A stretch of 62,741 nt of DNA, the filler included, from Choristocarpus tenellus KU-1152 (Eukaryota > Protista > Phaeophyceae), in assembly GCA_964200185.2 (NCBI GenBank). It is 10 parts of 10 records of this genome, joined end to end, with 100 filler letters (N's around TTAATTAATTAA, not from the genome) between each part and the next. Parts side by side here need not be neighbours in the genome. Positions count along the whole stretch, not along the records: positions 1 to 19,068 come from CAXNAD020000493.1; 9 more parts are not named here. One strand, given 5' to 3'. Positions 1 through 13,464 of this stretch are shown here, one piece after another. Within the stretch, counting starts at the first letter, position 1. Every line of letters begins with the position of its first letter. The notes beneath the pieces were generated by a model, which saw only the letters and a program-made list of their open reading frames with translations, did no database searches and was not told where the DNA came from. Both the position numbers and the translations under genes were made by a program.

Positions 1-158
1 GAGAGATCCAGCATACTTGACGACTTGTGCATCAGGAGTCCTATACGTACTTCAGTATCATCTATAAGCCTGTATATTGGAACTATACATCCTGTGGAGG
101 TAAGCTTTCAGGGGCGCCTACGACATGGAGGTCCTACCGAGACTTCCACCCTGTAACA

Positions 159-2028
159 GTTGATATCCAGAGTAGTACTAAAAACATGAACACTTGACCT
201 CATGGACGCTACAATTCAAATGACCAACCTATCCTTGTCAAACTAGTAGTGGATAGCTCGGTGCATGTAACTTCAAAACTACTCTGACGGCAGCTATATT
301 GCCTCAAATGTGCAATAAACGGATAGTCTTTAGAGCAAATGAATGTCGGATTATAAAAAACGACATATTAATTGTTGTGAATCAAATTCACTGAGGAATA
401 CAGTAGTAGGTTCAACCGTCCTCCTCTAGAGCTCTAGCAATCGAATTTCTGATACCATAGAGGGATTTCCAATGCAGATTCCCTCTCAAAATCATAGGGT
501 GCCTTTCGCAGCTTGATACTTCAGAGGATTTAGGAACAACATATACTTCTTCTGACTATATAGAACTGGAGGAAAAGATCTTTATATTAATCATATTTTC
601 CCTTTCGTTTCCTGAACTCCAACACCTTTCACTCTTGCAAATGAGTCTGTTGAACAACGTTATCAATGAGAGGGGGGAAGACTCAAGTGGGTGACAGCAT
701 GTTCTTGATTGAGTTGTGATCTGGTGGGGGATTTTTCAGACAGTCCAAGAGCACAGTTATCACAATTTGTGTTCCTCGCTGAACCAGAAGGAACCTGGCT
801 CACCAAACATGTTCTTCGCCATTGCACACATCACACCTACACAATGGACCTCACATTGGCAAAGGGGCAATGCACTTTCACCTCTTCATCATCGCTAGGA
901 CCTGTGATAGAGCTCGCTCCTGTGCTATTTGTAGTATATGTTGAGTTGGATGAACCTGTGCCGGACCTGTTGGATAGCAAGGTCCCAACACAACATAGAA
1001 CAGATGGGTCTACCTTCTTACTCATACATAGGCAAAATCTGATCCGGAATTAGCAACATTAACTGGAGAAGCTGAATCCATCTTCTTCAGGATTGTTGAA
1101 CCATTAGAATTAAGTGCCAAAAGGGTTGTGGATTGTGACTTTGACAAACCTATGATAATACGGTGGAGAGCGGGATGTTGTAGGTTGAAGGACCAAGTAA
1201 TCACAGAGAAAACAGAAGTATTTGCAGAAGAAAGGTGGTGTTGAGAGGAGAGAGCCTCGCGTATTTCTTACCCAACAAATCTACAAAGTATTAAAACCAA
1301 GTGTGATATTGATAATGCTCTGCTCACCAGTCTTTTCTGTTGCGCGGTGTGACTTGTTACCCCTATTCAGTGCTGGGTCGTCACTGTTATCACCATCTCT
1401 CTTCCTCTTCATCACCTGTTCCTCCCATGATTTGACAAAGATAAGGTGTGAAGATACACTGATATATTATTGTTGTGAACAAGTGACTGAGATTGGTTGC
1501 TCTCTCTACTCTTGCTGTGGAAGAGAATAAAGGGCTGAGGTGACTGTTCTACTGCACATCAGATAGAAGCGCACGTGCACACAAGGACGCGAAGTCTTTT
1601 GACGGATAATGGTACAGTTGTAGCATGACAACTGAATACTCCTCGCAAGTCGCAAGGTGTAGGTAGTACCGCGAAGATAAGAGGACCTATGTCGTGGGTG
1701 CGTTGTAGAGCTTCAAGTCAGTATTCAAGATTGTGCAGAGGGGTGAAAGGACGAGGTTGGAAAGGTTCGATTGTCGTGGCTGGTGGGGCGGCATCTATGT
1801 CCAGTGATATGAACTCTCTGTCTGTTACAGTACTTCAAGCTACTATATTTAGAGAGGATATACTCGCTTCGTAATGATGAACGGATGCTCTAATGGGAGG
1901 GAGCAAAATTCAAACTCGGGTATGGGAGATATCAAGCCAAGGCGTGTCTGGGAATTACACCAAGGGATCTGACGCAAGAGAGTCAAAGCAAACGAGAGAG
2001 AGGTACCCACAAGTACACTCTCCATGTA
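159..2028 (+). repeat. ~1.9 kb segment, copy 1 of an inverted duplication (copy 2 at 11430-13464)
   Basis: Reverse complement aligns by eye throughout, e.g. gatatccagagtagtactaaaaacatg (162) vs catgtttttagtactactctggatat (13435); many substitutions. Confidence 0.95.
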
Positions 2029-4056
2029 AAATTCGACCTCTTCTCAATTGAATGTTGTACTATCGAAAATATATTGTTACTGTTCCAACGACACAGAGGC
2101 AGGAGTATCATACTGTAACGAACAGTTACGGTTGTGTGCGTTTCAATATGCTAGTCTACACGTATATGTAGTTCTACTACAGCAGTACAAGTTATAGTAT
2201 ATGCCACCCTTGAAAGATCCACAATACCTAATTCTATGACATCGCATGTTGATTTGAAAAAGCGCCTTCTATGTAAAAGGACTTCAAGGGACAAAACAAA
2301 CCATTCCACACATCCTATTGAAATAACAGTAAAGTGTGTACTGGAGACCATCACTCGACTGTGAGATCGAGGTCACCATCAACAAAAACAGATTGAGGCG
2401 ATAGAGGACGTCATGGACAACAGGCAATCTCCTTGGTGAGCTGCTTTTTAAATCTCTGTAGCCGATCCTTGTTGCAAAATGGGCCGAAAACGGGAGATTC
2501 CACATGTCAAGTGAAGTTAACGCTGGGGGCTCGACCACGAGTTTCAGTCTGAGTTTTGTTTCATGAGCCGAAGCCTCCTGCCTCTCCTACTCCTCACGAT
2601 AACTTCACTAGACGAGTATAGAGTACTTTCTCGGGGAGGAGGAGGACGGCTAATTTCTTAGGTGTTATCCCTTCTTTGAGCGAAGTAGCAGCGACACCTG
2701 CCCGAGCAAATGTCGACCTCCACTTAGCCCTTACGGGAACGTCGTAAAACTGATGATTTCTGACAAAATCAATGGATCTACCCCTTCCTTCAACTAGGTA
2801 TGGAGTACCCGATGCCGAGTCATCGAAACGGTGTTCAACCAAGAAGAGGAAGCAAGCATCCGAGCGCCGACGTGATAGTGAGTACGAGAAAGCGACTATA
2901 TACCTACCCAATAAGAGCATGAATTAGAATTGAATAGAAACCATCACGGACAAACTCTATGGCGCACCACTGTAGGAGTTATAAACCCATCGTGATTGGG
3001 TGTGGGGTGGTAGGTGATGATTAGAGCTACGGCAGTTGTTGTCTTTTACGCATTTCCCAGCAAACCCGCATTTGACAGAACATGAAATATTGTCTTCCTC
3101 ATCTTGAGAAACCTACCTAAATGACAGTGTCGAGATCTGTAGTAGAGCTCCACTACACGCCAGTCTAACTCTTATTTCACAGACCTAACCATAAACGGTA
3201 AGAAACCACTTCACCGAAAGAACTGACGGTCGACGACTTTGACCACACACACAGTCCAAAACAGTTCCACTCTTGTTGAAACAAAAGAGGAATTGTAAAG
3301 TGTTGGTCGTTCACATCCTTGCTGGAAACGAGCACCGCCTTCATCGACCAGACGGGTTTAAATCCATTGTGCCGAATGCAGAACTATAGCTTGGTCGGGT
3401 CAAAGGCTGTCTTAATGGACTACAAAAAGAGTTATATATGACAAACGAAAAGAGCTTCCTATGAAACACACGACAGACGGAATATGGTAAATTTATGCTA
3501 CTTTATCCATGATAATGTTGTTAGAAAAAGTGGGTCTAAGTGAGCTCAACGAGGGTTCATCGAGATCATGACAGGTTCACTGCACTTAGGAAGAACCCTT
3601 CTAGAGGTCTATACGATGCTACTTGTATGATGGTGCTCTTACATCACAGTGCATTACGAGAGCCACTCTTAGAGTTATTGCTTTACCATGCTATACTTTG
3701 ATTGTACACATCCTCTATGTACAGTATTTTAGGCTGATAATTCCCAAAGACTCCATGAAATCCAAGCGATTTATTCCACCCTCCAAAGTAGTTACTTTCT
3801 ATTCACGGAGCAGACTGCCATAATCTATCTGCAATGTGTGCACCACATAGTGTTAAACGTCTGGAGACCCTACTCCCTTGATTTGCATAAAGATCACCCA
3901 CAATCCCCCTGTGCCATCGACTGCATTCCGTCATTTCCTTCAAATGATACGCCAAAGTCAAAACTGCAAGGGAAGGTCTTTACGAAGTATTTTGATTGGT
4001 TAGGACTTTTTCACCCTCAATCAGGACAGATTCTAAAACCATCCGACCACACCCAC

Positions 4057-6589
4057 CAACTACGTTGGATTTCCAGTCTGTCATGCCTTGGGGTCCATGA
4101 AATATACACATATGCTAAACATGATCCCTGCTAGTTGTTGGATACATGCGTTTTAGCTATTTCGCGCAGAGTCTCTATATTTTCTCTTCAGTATCTTCCG
4201 TTCGGAAAAGGAAGGGCCATACTGGTAGCAACTGAAATTGGTATCACATCACTGTGTTGGGATATACTTTAAAGTACTTGCAGAGCTATAGCGCAAGTGA
4301 TACTTCAGCCTCCATCTAGTAATAGGAAACTGAATAAGTTGAACCTATTTCTGAATGGATGCATCAATGCATGCTGGTCCCAAAGGCTACAATTCTTTTC
4401 GTTGCTGTCTTCAAAATGTTTTTTACTTTGCAAATGTATTTGCCATCTCATTCGATCAACCTCTTGCTTCCTTCCCTTTGTGTGTCTTGTTTGTTCTACC
4501 CTAATGAAGCGATAGTCATTATTATTGGGGAATGAGAATACTTCTCAGACCTGTGTTGTTAAAGTGTTTGTCAATATCGATTTTCTACATGCAAAGGTTT
4601 TTCACTCTATCTAGTCCAATCAATATATATATATATATATATTGCATTCTATCACACGTTGGTATTGATAGTGTGCTGCAGTCTTGTTTGTTCTCTTCAT
4701 TCAATATCCTTGCACCCACGGTATAATCCACCATACAGTGTCTTACCCTGACGCAAAGCACAATGCTTTTATAGAGTATACATATATTTTTCTTCAAGGC
4801 ACAAACTTCAATATATTTGTCAGCAACCTGTTTACTTCTTGGAGGAACAATAGAACTGATCTTAACCATTGATATGATTACTGGTATTTTACTGCTGTTT
4901 CATATGCTGAAATGTTTTGCACACAATGGCAGAAAGGCTGTCGTAAATAGGCTTTAGGTGTACTCGATCAGGGTCTTACCCCTAATACCTTTGAAAACAC
5001 ACAATTTCTATACTTGTACTGACAAAAGGAGACAGAAAAATATCTAGTAGGTAGGGAGTACTCAAACTGCTACCGGGCTACTTTCAGCACTACTTTATAT
5101 CTACATCTGCTCTGGGGCCTAAGAACCAATAAGCACGTGCTCATGCATGGAACTAATGATTACTGAAATCTGAAGTAGAGTTCTAAGGGCTTGGTTTGGA
5201 TCGTTCCCGTTCCGTCCTCTTCTCATGATGGGCTCTTTTCATTGAACAAGACCATTTAGAGCTTCAGAACAGAAGCATGTCGCATTGCGAGGCATCTAGG
5301 GCAAATATTTCCTATAGAATGTTTACCCTGAGCCTCCCTCTCCCACATAGTATCCACATTTGTCACCATCACTGAATCTACTTTGTTGACCTTCACAAAT
5401 GTCACCCTCCGCTGTCTGTGTGTACCTGCTCATCCTTGACCTACACCTTTGTTAACCTGACCTAGATGAAACCCTGACATCATCCGGTGATTTTTCAGTC
5501 AACAACATGCCCCGTGACACCATGGGTAACAATGCCAGTGTGGTAGAGACTGTATATGAGGGATCTAACTTGAACGAAAGAAGAAAGGACGACAGATTTT
5601 CTCTTCCCACACAGGTACATCAGCGCTCACCTCTCACTACAAATTTACACAATGCAAGCTTAGCCATAACAAGTTCATCTAATAATAGAAATTCCTTACT
5701 CTCTTGGTATTCAATCTTACTGGTTGATTAGATAACATGCATAAACAGGCAACTACCAATCGTATACAACCTGTTTGGAGCTAAGATATGAGAACCAGTA
5801 GTTGAACGAAACGGGAATTTGATATTGTTTCCTTCTCGCTGATATCGGGGGTTCTAAACAACAGTGGACAGTAAGGAGGGGCTTCCTTGAGATATCCCAG
5901 ACTCTCTGAAAACGTTGTTGTGAACCACAATACCTGATCCATTTTCAACCAACTAGCAAGTTAAATGGGATAAAGAAGGGGGTATTGATTGGCAGCATAT
6001 CTCCTGGGCTTCTATAATTGCTTTGAAACAGCCCTGACTACAATTTCTAAGAGAAGTGTTTTTGTAAGGGGATAGTTGATCAATATCCTATATCAGTGTG
6101 AGGGAGGGGGTTAATCCTTCATGTCCTGTATCACTCGCTGTACTTCTCAACAGGACCACCACATATATCTCACGACAGCAAATTGAGTGAAAGTATCTTA
6201 GAGGGTACGAGTTTTGCCCTGTTTGTCCATTTAGGACTTGGCTTCCCTCGGGGTTTTTTATTATATTTTCCTAATCCAAAATATTTCGGAGAAGGAAAAA
6301 TGTGTACGTTATGAAAGGTTGTATCTTGAACAAGGATATTGGCACGTCCTAGCAAACACAATAGCCAAAATTACATCAAAATCGTAACATTAGATTTTGG
6401 CCCCCAAATGGACTCGGCTCTACCGTCTAAGATACTTTGGCTCATTCATGGATGGATATCAGGCAGTACCATACACCTAGTCACATTCAACTATCAGTAG
6501 TGCTTCACTCTTGTACAGGATAGTTCCCAAAATATGAAAATAGTATCCATTCACACCATAGTTCTTTCTTACCGAGGACATCTCATAGG
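4057..6589 (+). repeat. Copy 1 of a direct duplication (copy 2 at 17526-19068)
   Basis: 4057-4229 matches 17526-17698 and 5069-6589 matches 17822-19068. Confidence 0.95.
6185..6443 (+). mobile_element. MITE family B (~260 bp), 3-bp TSD ATT
   Basis: TIRs gagtgaaagtatcttag / ctaagatactttggctc; att on both sides; empty site caattcatgg at ~18921 in the duplicate. Confidence 0.92.
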
Positions 6590-9500
6590 CTGTTTGAGGC
6601 GAGAAATCTTTGTTGAACTGTAGACTATAATGCCCTGCAGCTATCACTATAGTAGTTTTGTAGAGTTCATTACCGTAGCCCCAACTTGCCTCAGCGGCAT
6701 CTTCACACCTTTGGACAATTTCCTTCGCTTTCCTGTTGTGGTGGTTCTTGTTGAAGCAAGGGATGCAATATATTAGTCCTGGTTCTTTTACTCACCCTCC
6801 ACTCTATGGCATTGTTTGCATAGGCCTAGCAAGTGTGTACGACGATAAATCAGAAAGTACACAACTCTTCCGATTGTGTTTCAAAACCCATTTCCTTTGC
6901 AGTTCCATCGTAACTTCAACCTCTAACGTATCTTAACCCTCAATTTTCACTCCTTTTCCATGCTTCTTACATTCCTAACTTAGTTTTCAATTGAACTCAA
7001 GGCATGGGACCCTCTTGCAGTGATGCACCTTGTCATTTTCTGGAAAACCTCCTACACATCCAACGTCAATCTACTGACCCCAGCCACACCCCATTGCTGA
7101 AATCATGTTTGTGTGCTTGTCCATCAGCCGGGAATGTCTGTTCCGAATTGGGTAAGGCACAATGCCTTCCACATCACAGAAGGTGTCGAGGAGAGGTGTT
7201 ATGTGCATCAGTGATCCTCACAAAAGTGCGTACCCGACACATGCGAAAATCGATATGAAGCTCGATATCGCTATTGCTCCTGCCAATACAGTAGTCAACT
7301 TGCAGTGCACACAGTCCTGTACTGCTCCAATTCTACACGAAATCAAGACTCGCTTCAACAGCCCCTGATGTTATGTGTATCGGAAATCAAAAGTAACAGC
7401 CAAAAGACTACAGTTGATTAACTACTACTGATACCTCGAGCTAGTTGATGTATCAAATGGTATATATCTATGTAGGTTCTCTAGAACTTCCATGTTCTAC
7501 CAAACTTGTAGATTGATCTATCAAAAACACACCTGTGAAACCACACAGATATATATTCATGGGGATTTCTTCCCCTCAACCTGCCCTAGGACTTCGGTTC
7601 CTCACTGTCTCTTGCATCAAACTGGGAGGTTGTTACAGCAGCGTAGAAGATTCTCAACATACGGGTGAAATTCTTCTTTGGTCCTCAGGGTGTGCGCACA
7701 ATCATTCCCACTTTCCTGACATTGTCCTTTGGTAGAATATATGCCACTTTTTGTTTTTTAATTCTCGCCCTTCTTACAGACCCAACGCCTCTCTATGGGC
7801 TATAAAACTCGGGAGCCTACCACTGATAGGAGGCTAATGCCAGCAATGAGTGAGGGGGAAATAGATGTTGCACCGGTCAGGAATCAACCATGTGTCAGCC
7901 AGGCAACACGTTCTTACAACGATGAAGAATTGGTGAGTTATGAAGGAGTATGAGGTAACTGGGTAAGGAGAGGGCAATGAGTACAAAAAAATTGCAGAAT
8001 GGTATCGGCAGATGTGAAGCTGATAAGGGAGAGAAAAATGTATATATATTTATTTCACTTTAGATCATTGCTTTGGAGCATGATGGGAGCCCTGTAGTAC
8101 ATATTGAGCTTGTCTCCTGACCGTAACACCATAGAGGGGTGAAGAGGAGGTAAGATTATATGATTGAAGTCAGCAGGAAATGAAATATAACAAGTTTAGT
8201 ACACTGTAGATGAGGAATTGTCTGGTCAAACACTCTTTCTACCCGTTTGTTGGTAACACAGGTGTTGGTAATAGTGTGGGCATGGGAACAGTTGTCTGAG
8301 ACGTGCAGTAAACTGGTATGATGGTGAGTGACAGTTTCACTTGCGCTTTACTTGAGGGTAAATATCTCAAATTCAACGCCCTAAGAAACATTGACCAGAG
8401 CTCTGGAGAGGTATGAACAAGGAGGCAGCCCTAAAGAACTTCTCCAGAGGTACATGAAGTTGATCGGGTAACTGTTGCCTTGTTATGAGACCAAGCAATA
8501 GAGGACGTTCTTTAGTCTCAATGGTGCTTGGCATGTTGGACTGATATATTCCTAGCACTGCAAGATGAGAGAGGTAAGGGTTGAGAAGATGGGTTGTGGT
8601 TTCTGACCAATTGTTGTTGCTTTCCTTACCACTCGAAAATCGCAGTTAGGCCTGTGGTATCAGGAAGCTCTGAACAAGAGAGTTAAGGTAATCAAATCGA
8701 AATTTGTGACCATTCAACTAATTATATCAATAGAATCTAAGTTTACATCAAATATATTGAAAATGCAACTGCACTCATTCTAATATGATACATATTATCA
8801 GATTACTTTCAGGTGAAGAAGTTGTATCCTGAAATTATATTTGGACTCTAGAACACTGCCCAACTTTGTAGACGTCCTAAAACTCGAAAAAATATATTAT
8901 ATTCACCTACACATGATGGACAACTTGCTAGTACGTACGTGCAATAATGACGTTTCATAGTCCAAAGTACTAATGCTAGTTAATAGCAAGATAGAAACAT
9001 AATGATGAAATAGACACCAGTGCTCAGAGCAGCAGCTCAAATACCTCCGCCAACCAGATCTGGTAAAATTATGGGCAAGTAGCAAGTACATCAAGTACGT
9101 GGTATCTCTCCTATTTGATTCCACCCCCTACTGAGATTTTATACATCCAATATCCCCAAAATACTTACAACTAAATCTGCAGGACCTCATGCGGGGGAAC
9201 ATTCTGCCAAGCTTTCTCAGACCCTTGAAATGCCAGGGCACAAGTCCTGAGGTGAGCATGACCCAGCTTATGCAGGTGGTTGTGGAAGATTATTGTGACC
9301 TCCCTTGTATGATACACACCCACAGCTCCCCCCAACACATGAAGCTACCTGGTGCATTTGTTCCTTGTGGTTTGTGGTTGTCTTTATCTTCAAACCGGCA
9401 GTGTTCAAGCAACACCTGGTACTTTAAAGCACGGAAAAGTAAGTGCAAAGATTATAGTCTACACTAAATAGATGGATAGAAGATACATATCAAAATTGTA

Positions 9501-11207
9501 GTAAGAAATTGGTTGAAGGTGGTGACGTGGATTTCAAGTTGCGATAACGTTAGCTACATGAAAACAGAAAAGGCAGTGTTAGAGTGCATCCATTGACACA
9601 AGAGTCCAGTTCAGCTTGACTAACACACACAGAAAAAGGTACACACAGCACCTCCCACAACAATAGAACACTAGGGCACCAATTCTCCAGTGTCAATCAA
9701 GGTATTACGCAATCAGGTGCATATCTCAAAGTGGAAATACATGTGGAGGGGTTCTTCTTCTGTTGTTACCATTGTACTCCTCCAGAACATGATCACGAGA
9801 ACATACAAACTCTCCCTTTTGAGTTAATAAATTCAAACTCATTTCCTGTGCAAAGTCATTATAGCATGTGGCAGGTATTTATAGTATTATTACGGAGCTT
9901 CTACACGAGATACTTGAGTAGATCCGGATCATGTACACTTCGAAGTTATTTGCTCCATGTGACTCATTCTGAAACAGGTCCAACACATGGTGGTTGAAGC
10001 ACATGAAGAGGAGGTAGCATCCTCCATAACGGACACAAGTGTCACCCCATCCACCCAGAAGCGACGCAGGTCAGGGGTATGGGATGGCATTTAACCCTAG
10101 AAGCGAATCAATGTGGACATATAGTCAGTGTGTTAACTACAAGCTAGACCAAGGAGGGTATCAAGATCACAAAATAACCAGTGGTAGTAACTATACATTG
10201 ATGGTTGGAGTTATTGGATATACCCTTAAACACACTCAGACAGGAAATCATGACTGCAATAATCTCAAGTCGTGTGGGCATTACCCCACCTAGTGTCTAT
10301 CCTGCCCTTTTATTTTGCCAGTCATTGTTTTCACTCTCTCCCCCTGTTATTTGAACCCATTATTCATGTTGACATATCGTGTCAGCAACACAAGTACATT
10401 AACCCCATTTCACCCTTGTCATTGCAATCTTTGGCACCCAAATGATGTCTGCCAAATTTCTACTTAATGGTGCCTACTTGTACCTAATACCTAACAACGG
10501 GACAGAGTTACAAAGGAAAGAAAATTTGGGAACCGGTGGTCTACACGACAGCTCGAGCAAGCACGTCCTTCCAGAGAGGTTGCAGGGCTTAACATGGTAA
10601 GGGTGCTTAAGTGTTGCCACAGTATGCAAGCACTCACAAATCAAGGAGTGATGGGGGGCTAAAATCTTGAGGTTTACGCATAATACAACCTAGGGCCGGT
10701 GTGGGAGAAATTAAGTGAGGATGTTCGAATGTTGATATGAGGCACATTTGTGGGGTGTGGCAAAAAGGTTGAGCCCAAGGAATTCAAAGAGAGAGGAGAA
10801 TTACATAGCTGGTTGGGGAGATGAGTCATTCGTGTTTTCCTATTGGTTGTCACATCAGATACTCGTCTCTTGTAATATATACATTTACTCAAACCCTACA
10901 TATCTATACTTTCAGTTTGCCTTGGGATGCTGGTTACTATTTGCGATTTATGAGCAAAAGTCACTACGCAGTAAAACATGCTGTCTTGAAAAAAAGGCGA
11001 AGATAGTACTGTGTACTTCAAAGTAGTAATCTAAATGACAAATGAAGAATATTTATTGGAAAAGTTGAGGTCAAGTAAGTGGGAGGAAAACAACGAGGAA
11101 CCCTCATGATGAGATAGTATCAATGTTTGCCAGACTGGTGTAAGTGTGCTCTGTTACTTATGTGTGCTCAGGGAGAGTTTGAAGTTCCCTGCATTAAAAC
11201 TCATTCT

Positions 11208-11473
11208 GAGGCAAAGTACACGAGAGGTACCCAGATTTTTGGATTTTTTGCATTATAAGCCAGTATTTCAATCTTTAGTTACTCATCCATATTTCTTTGG
11301 GTGAAGTGGCAAGTTTGACTTGGGAGGGTTGAGATCTCTACTGTTTGAAAGGTTTCGGCACAATTCAGAAAATATCCTACTACTAAATGTATTTCAAAAA
11401 ATAGATTAATTTTCCACATATTTACAGGCATCCATGAAGTGCAACTGTGGGTACCTCTCGTTTGCTTTGACTC
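11208..11473 (+). mobile_element. MITE family C (~240-280 bp), TSD TCT
   Basis: TIRs gaggcaaagtacacgagaggtaccca / tgggtacctctcgtttgctttgactc flanked by tct...tct; homologues at 25656, 40050 and 61346. Confidence 0.9.
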
Positions 11474-13464
11474 TCTCTTGCATCAGATCCCCTAGTATAA
11501 TTCCCAGACATACCTTGGCTGTATTATCTCCCGTCCCCGAGTTTGAGTTTTGTTCCCTTCCATTCAAGCATCCACTCATGATTATGAAGCGAGTATCTCC
11601 TCTCTAATTATAGTAGTTTGAAGTGCTGTATCAGATAGAGAGCTCAAATCACTGGACAAAGGTGCCGCCCCACCAGCATGACAATCGGACCTTTCCAACC
11701 TCGTCCTCTCACCCCTCTACACGAGCTTGATTACTGGCTTGAAGCTTCATAACACACCCATGATATAGGTCTTCTTATCCCCCCCGCCTACTACCTACAT
11801 CTTGCGACTTGCAAGAAGTATTTAGTTGTCAAGCTACAACTAGACCATTAATCGTCTAAAGACCTCGTAGCCTTGTGTGCACGTGTGCTTCTATCTGTTC
11901 TGCAGGAGAACAGTTAGCTCAGCCCTTTACTCTTTTTCATAGCAAGAATACAGAGAGCAACCATCTTGTGGTCAACCTCAGCCACTTGTTCCCAACAACA
12001 ATGTAATGGCGGTTCTTCACACCTTATATTTGTTCAGTCATGGGAGGAACAGGTGATGAAGAGGAAGAGAGATGATGATAACAGTGACGACCCAGCACTG
12101 AATAGGCGTAACAAGCCACCACGCAACAGAGATGACGGGTGAGTAGAGCATTACCAATATCACACTTGCTCCACAATATTTCGTAGGTTGGTTGGCTAAG
12201 AAATACGTAAGGCTCCCCCCTCTCAACACCGCCCTTCTTATGCAACTACTTCTGTTTTCTCTGTGATTATTTAGCTCAAATTGTCTGGGGGGGGTGGCAG
12301 TTGTCAATTTGGGGTCAATTGTTTCAGATCGCAATGGATAATGTAAGTGCACGTTTCCTGGTTATGGCTCAGATGGACACCCTGATGTAGACCCCCCTCC
12401 CCCCCCCAGATACTTTGGGTCTTTGGTTCTTCAACCTACCACGTCCCACTCTCCACCATAATATCATAGGTGTATCACAGTCACACCCATAACCCTTGAT
12501 ACTTCATTCTAATGGTTCGACAACCCTAGAGAAGATGGATTCAGCTTCCCCAGCTAATGGTGCTAAATCCGGATCAATCTTTGCCTATGTATGAGTAAGA
12601 CGGTAGACTCATCTGTTCTATGTTGTACTGGGACCTTGTTATCCAATAGGTCCGACACAAGTTCACACAACTCAACATATACTACAAGTAGTACAGGAGC
12701 AAGCTCCATGACAGATCCCAGCGATGATGAAGAGGTGAGAGTGCATTGCCCCTTTGCAATGTGAGGCATGCGTGACGTATGAATGAGCAATGGTCAAGAA
12801 TACGGTTGGTGATCCGGCGTTCTTCTGGTTCTGTGAGGAGTGCAAATTGTGATAACTATGCCCTTGGATTGTCTGAAAAATCACCACCAACTCACAACTC
12901 AATCAAGAACATGCTGCCTCCCACTTGAGTATTTCCCCTCTCATTGATAACGTTGTTCAACAGACTCCATTGCAAGAGTGAAATGTGTTGGAGCTCAGGA
13001 AACGAAAGGGAAAAAGTGATTCACAGAAAGACCCTTTTCTCCAGTTCTACTACGTAGTATATAGTTAGCCGAAGTGTTTGTTGTTGCTACTCATTTGAAG
13101 TATCCAGTTAGGAAAGGCACACTGTGGTTTTGAGAGGGAATCTGCATTGGACAATTCTTCTATGGCATCAGAAGTTCATTAGTAGAGCTCTAGAGGAGAA
13201 CCGTTGAACCTACTACTATATATTCCTCAGTGAAATTGATTCACAACAATTCGTATCCCGTTTTTTGTAGTCCGAAAATCATTTGCTCTCTAAAGACTAT
13301 CCGTTTATTGCATATTTGAGGCAATATAGCTACCGTCAGAGTAGGTTTGAAGGCATATGCACCGAGCTATCCAATGCTAGTTTGACAGGGATAGGATGGT
13401 CATTTGAATTGTAGCGTCCATGAGGTCAAGTGCTCATGTTTTTAGTACTACTCTGGATATTAAC
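11430..13464 (-). repeat. Copy 2 of the inverted duplication of 159-2028
   Basis: Reverse-complement match; carries an extra MITE at 12273-12421; + strand reads MKRKRDDDNSDD (12056) and FFWFCEECKL (~12820-12849). Confidence 0.95.
12273..12421 (+). mobile_element. MITE family A (poly-G/poly-C subterminal), internally deleted, TSD TTT
   Basis: agctcaaattgtctggggggg...cccccccagatactttgggtc flanked by ttt; absent from the matching site in copy 1 (~1195). Confidence 0.9.

Larger units (their letters stand above)
1..7400 (-). mobile_element. Large, heavily decayed element with a pseudogenised minus-strand coding region (Zisupton/KDZ-like DDE transposase motifs, Cys-rich segments, PHD-like finger); boundaries approximate
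   Basis: Manual minus-strand translation across stops and frameshifts gives ordered motifs DASIQK*VQLIQFPI (~4320-4365), TFNTMWCTHCR*IMAVCSV (~3805-3860), YQPKILYIEDV (~3707-3739), KQLTKEIACC (~2418-2448) and IGCVEWFVLSLEVLL (~2270-2318). Segments are repeated at 11445-13464, 17526-19068 and 39165-39271. The family assignment is inference. Confidence 0.4.

Noticed and set aside
7400-11200. Many short ORFs here and at 13465-17500, 31583-33300 and 54400-56230
   Set aside because: No recognisable motifs or consistent splice structure; probably old TE debris that I cannot classify.
159-13464. Long TIRs of a Polinton/Maverick or endogenous virus
   Set aside because: The repeats are decayed coding sequence ending inside a MITE; I recognised no polB, capsid, ATPase or integrase between them.
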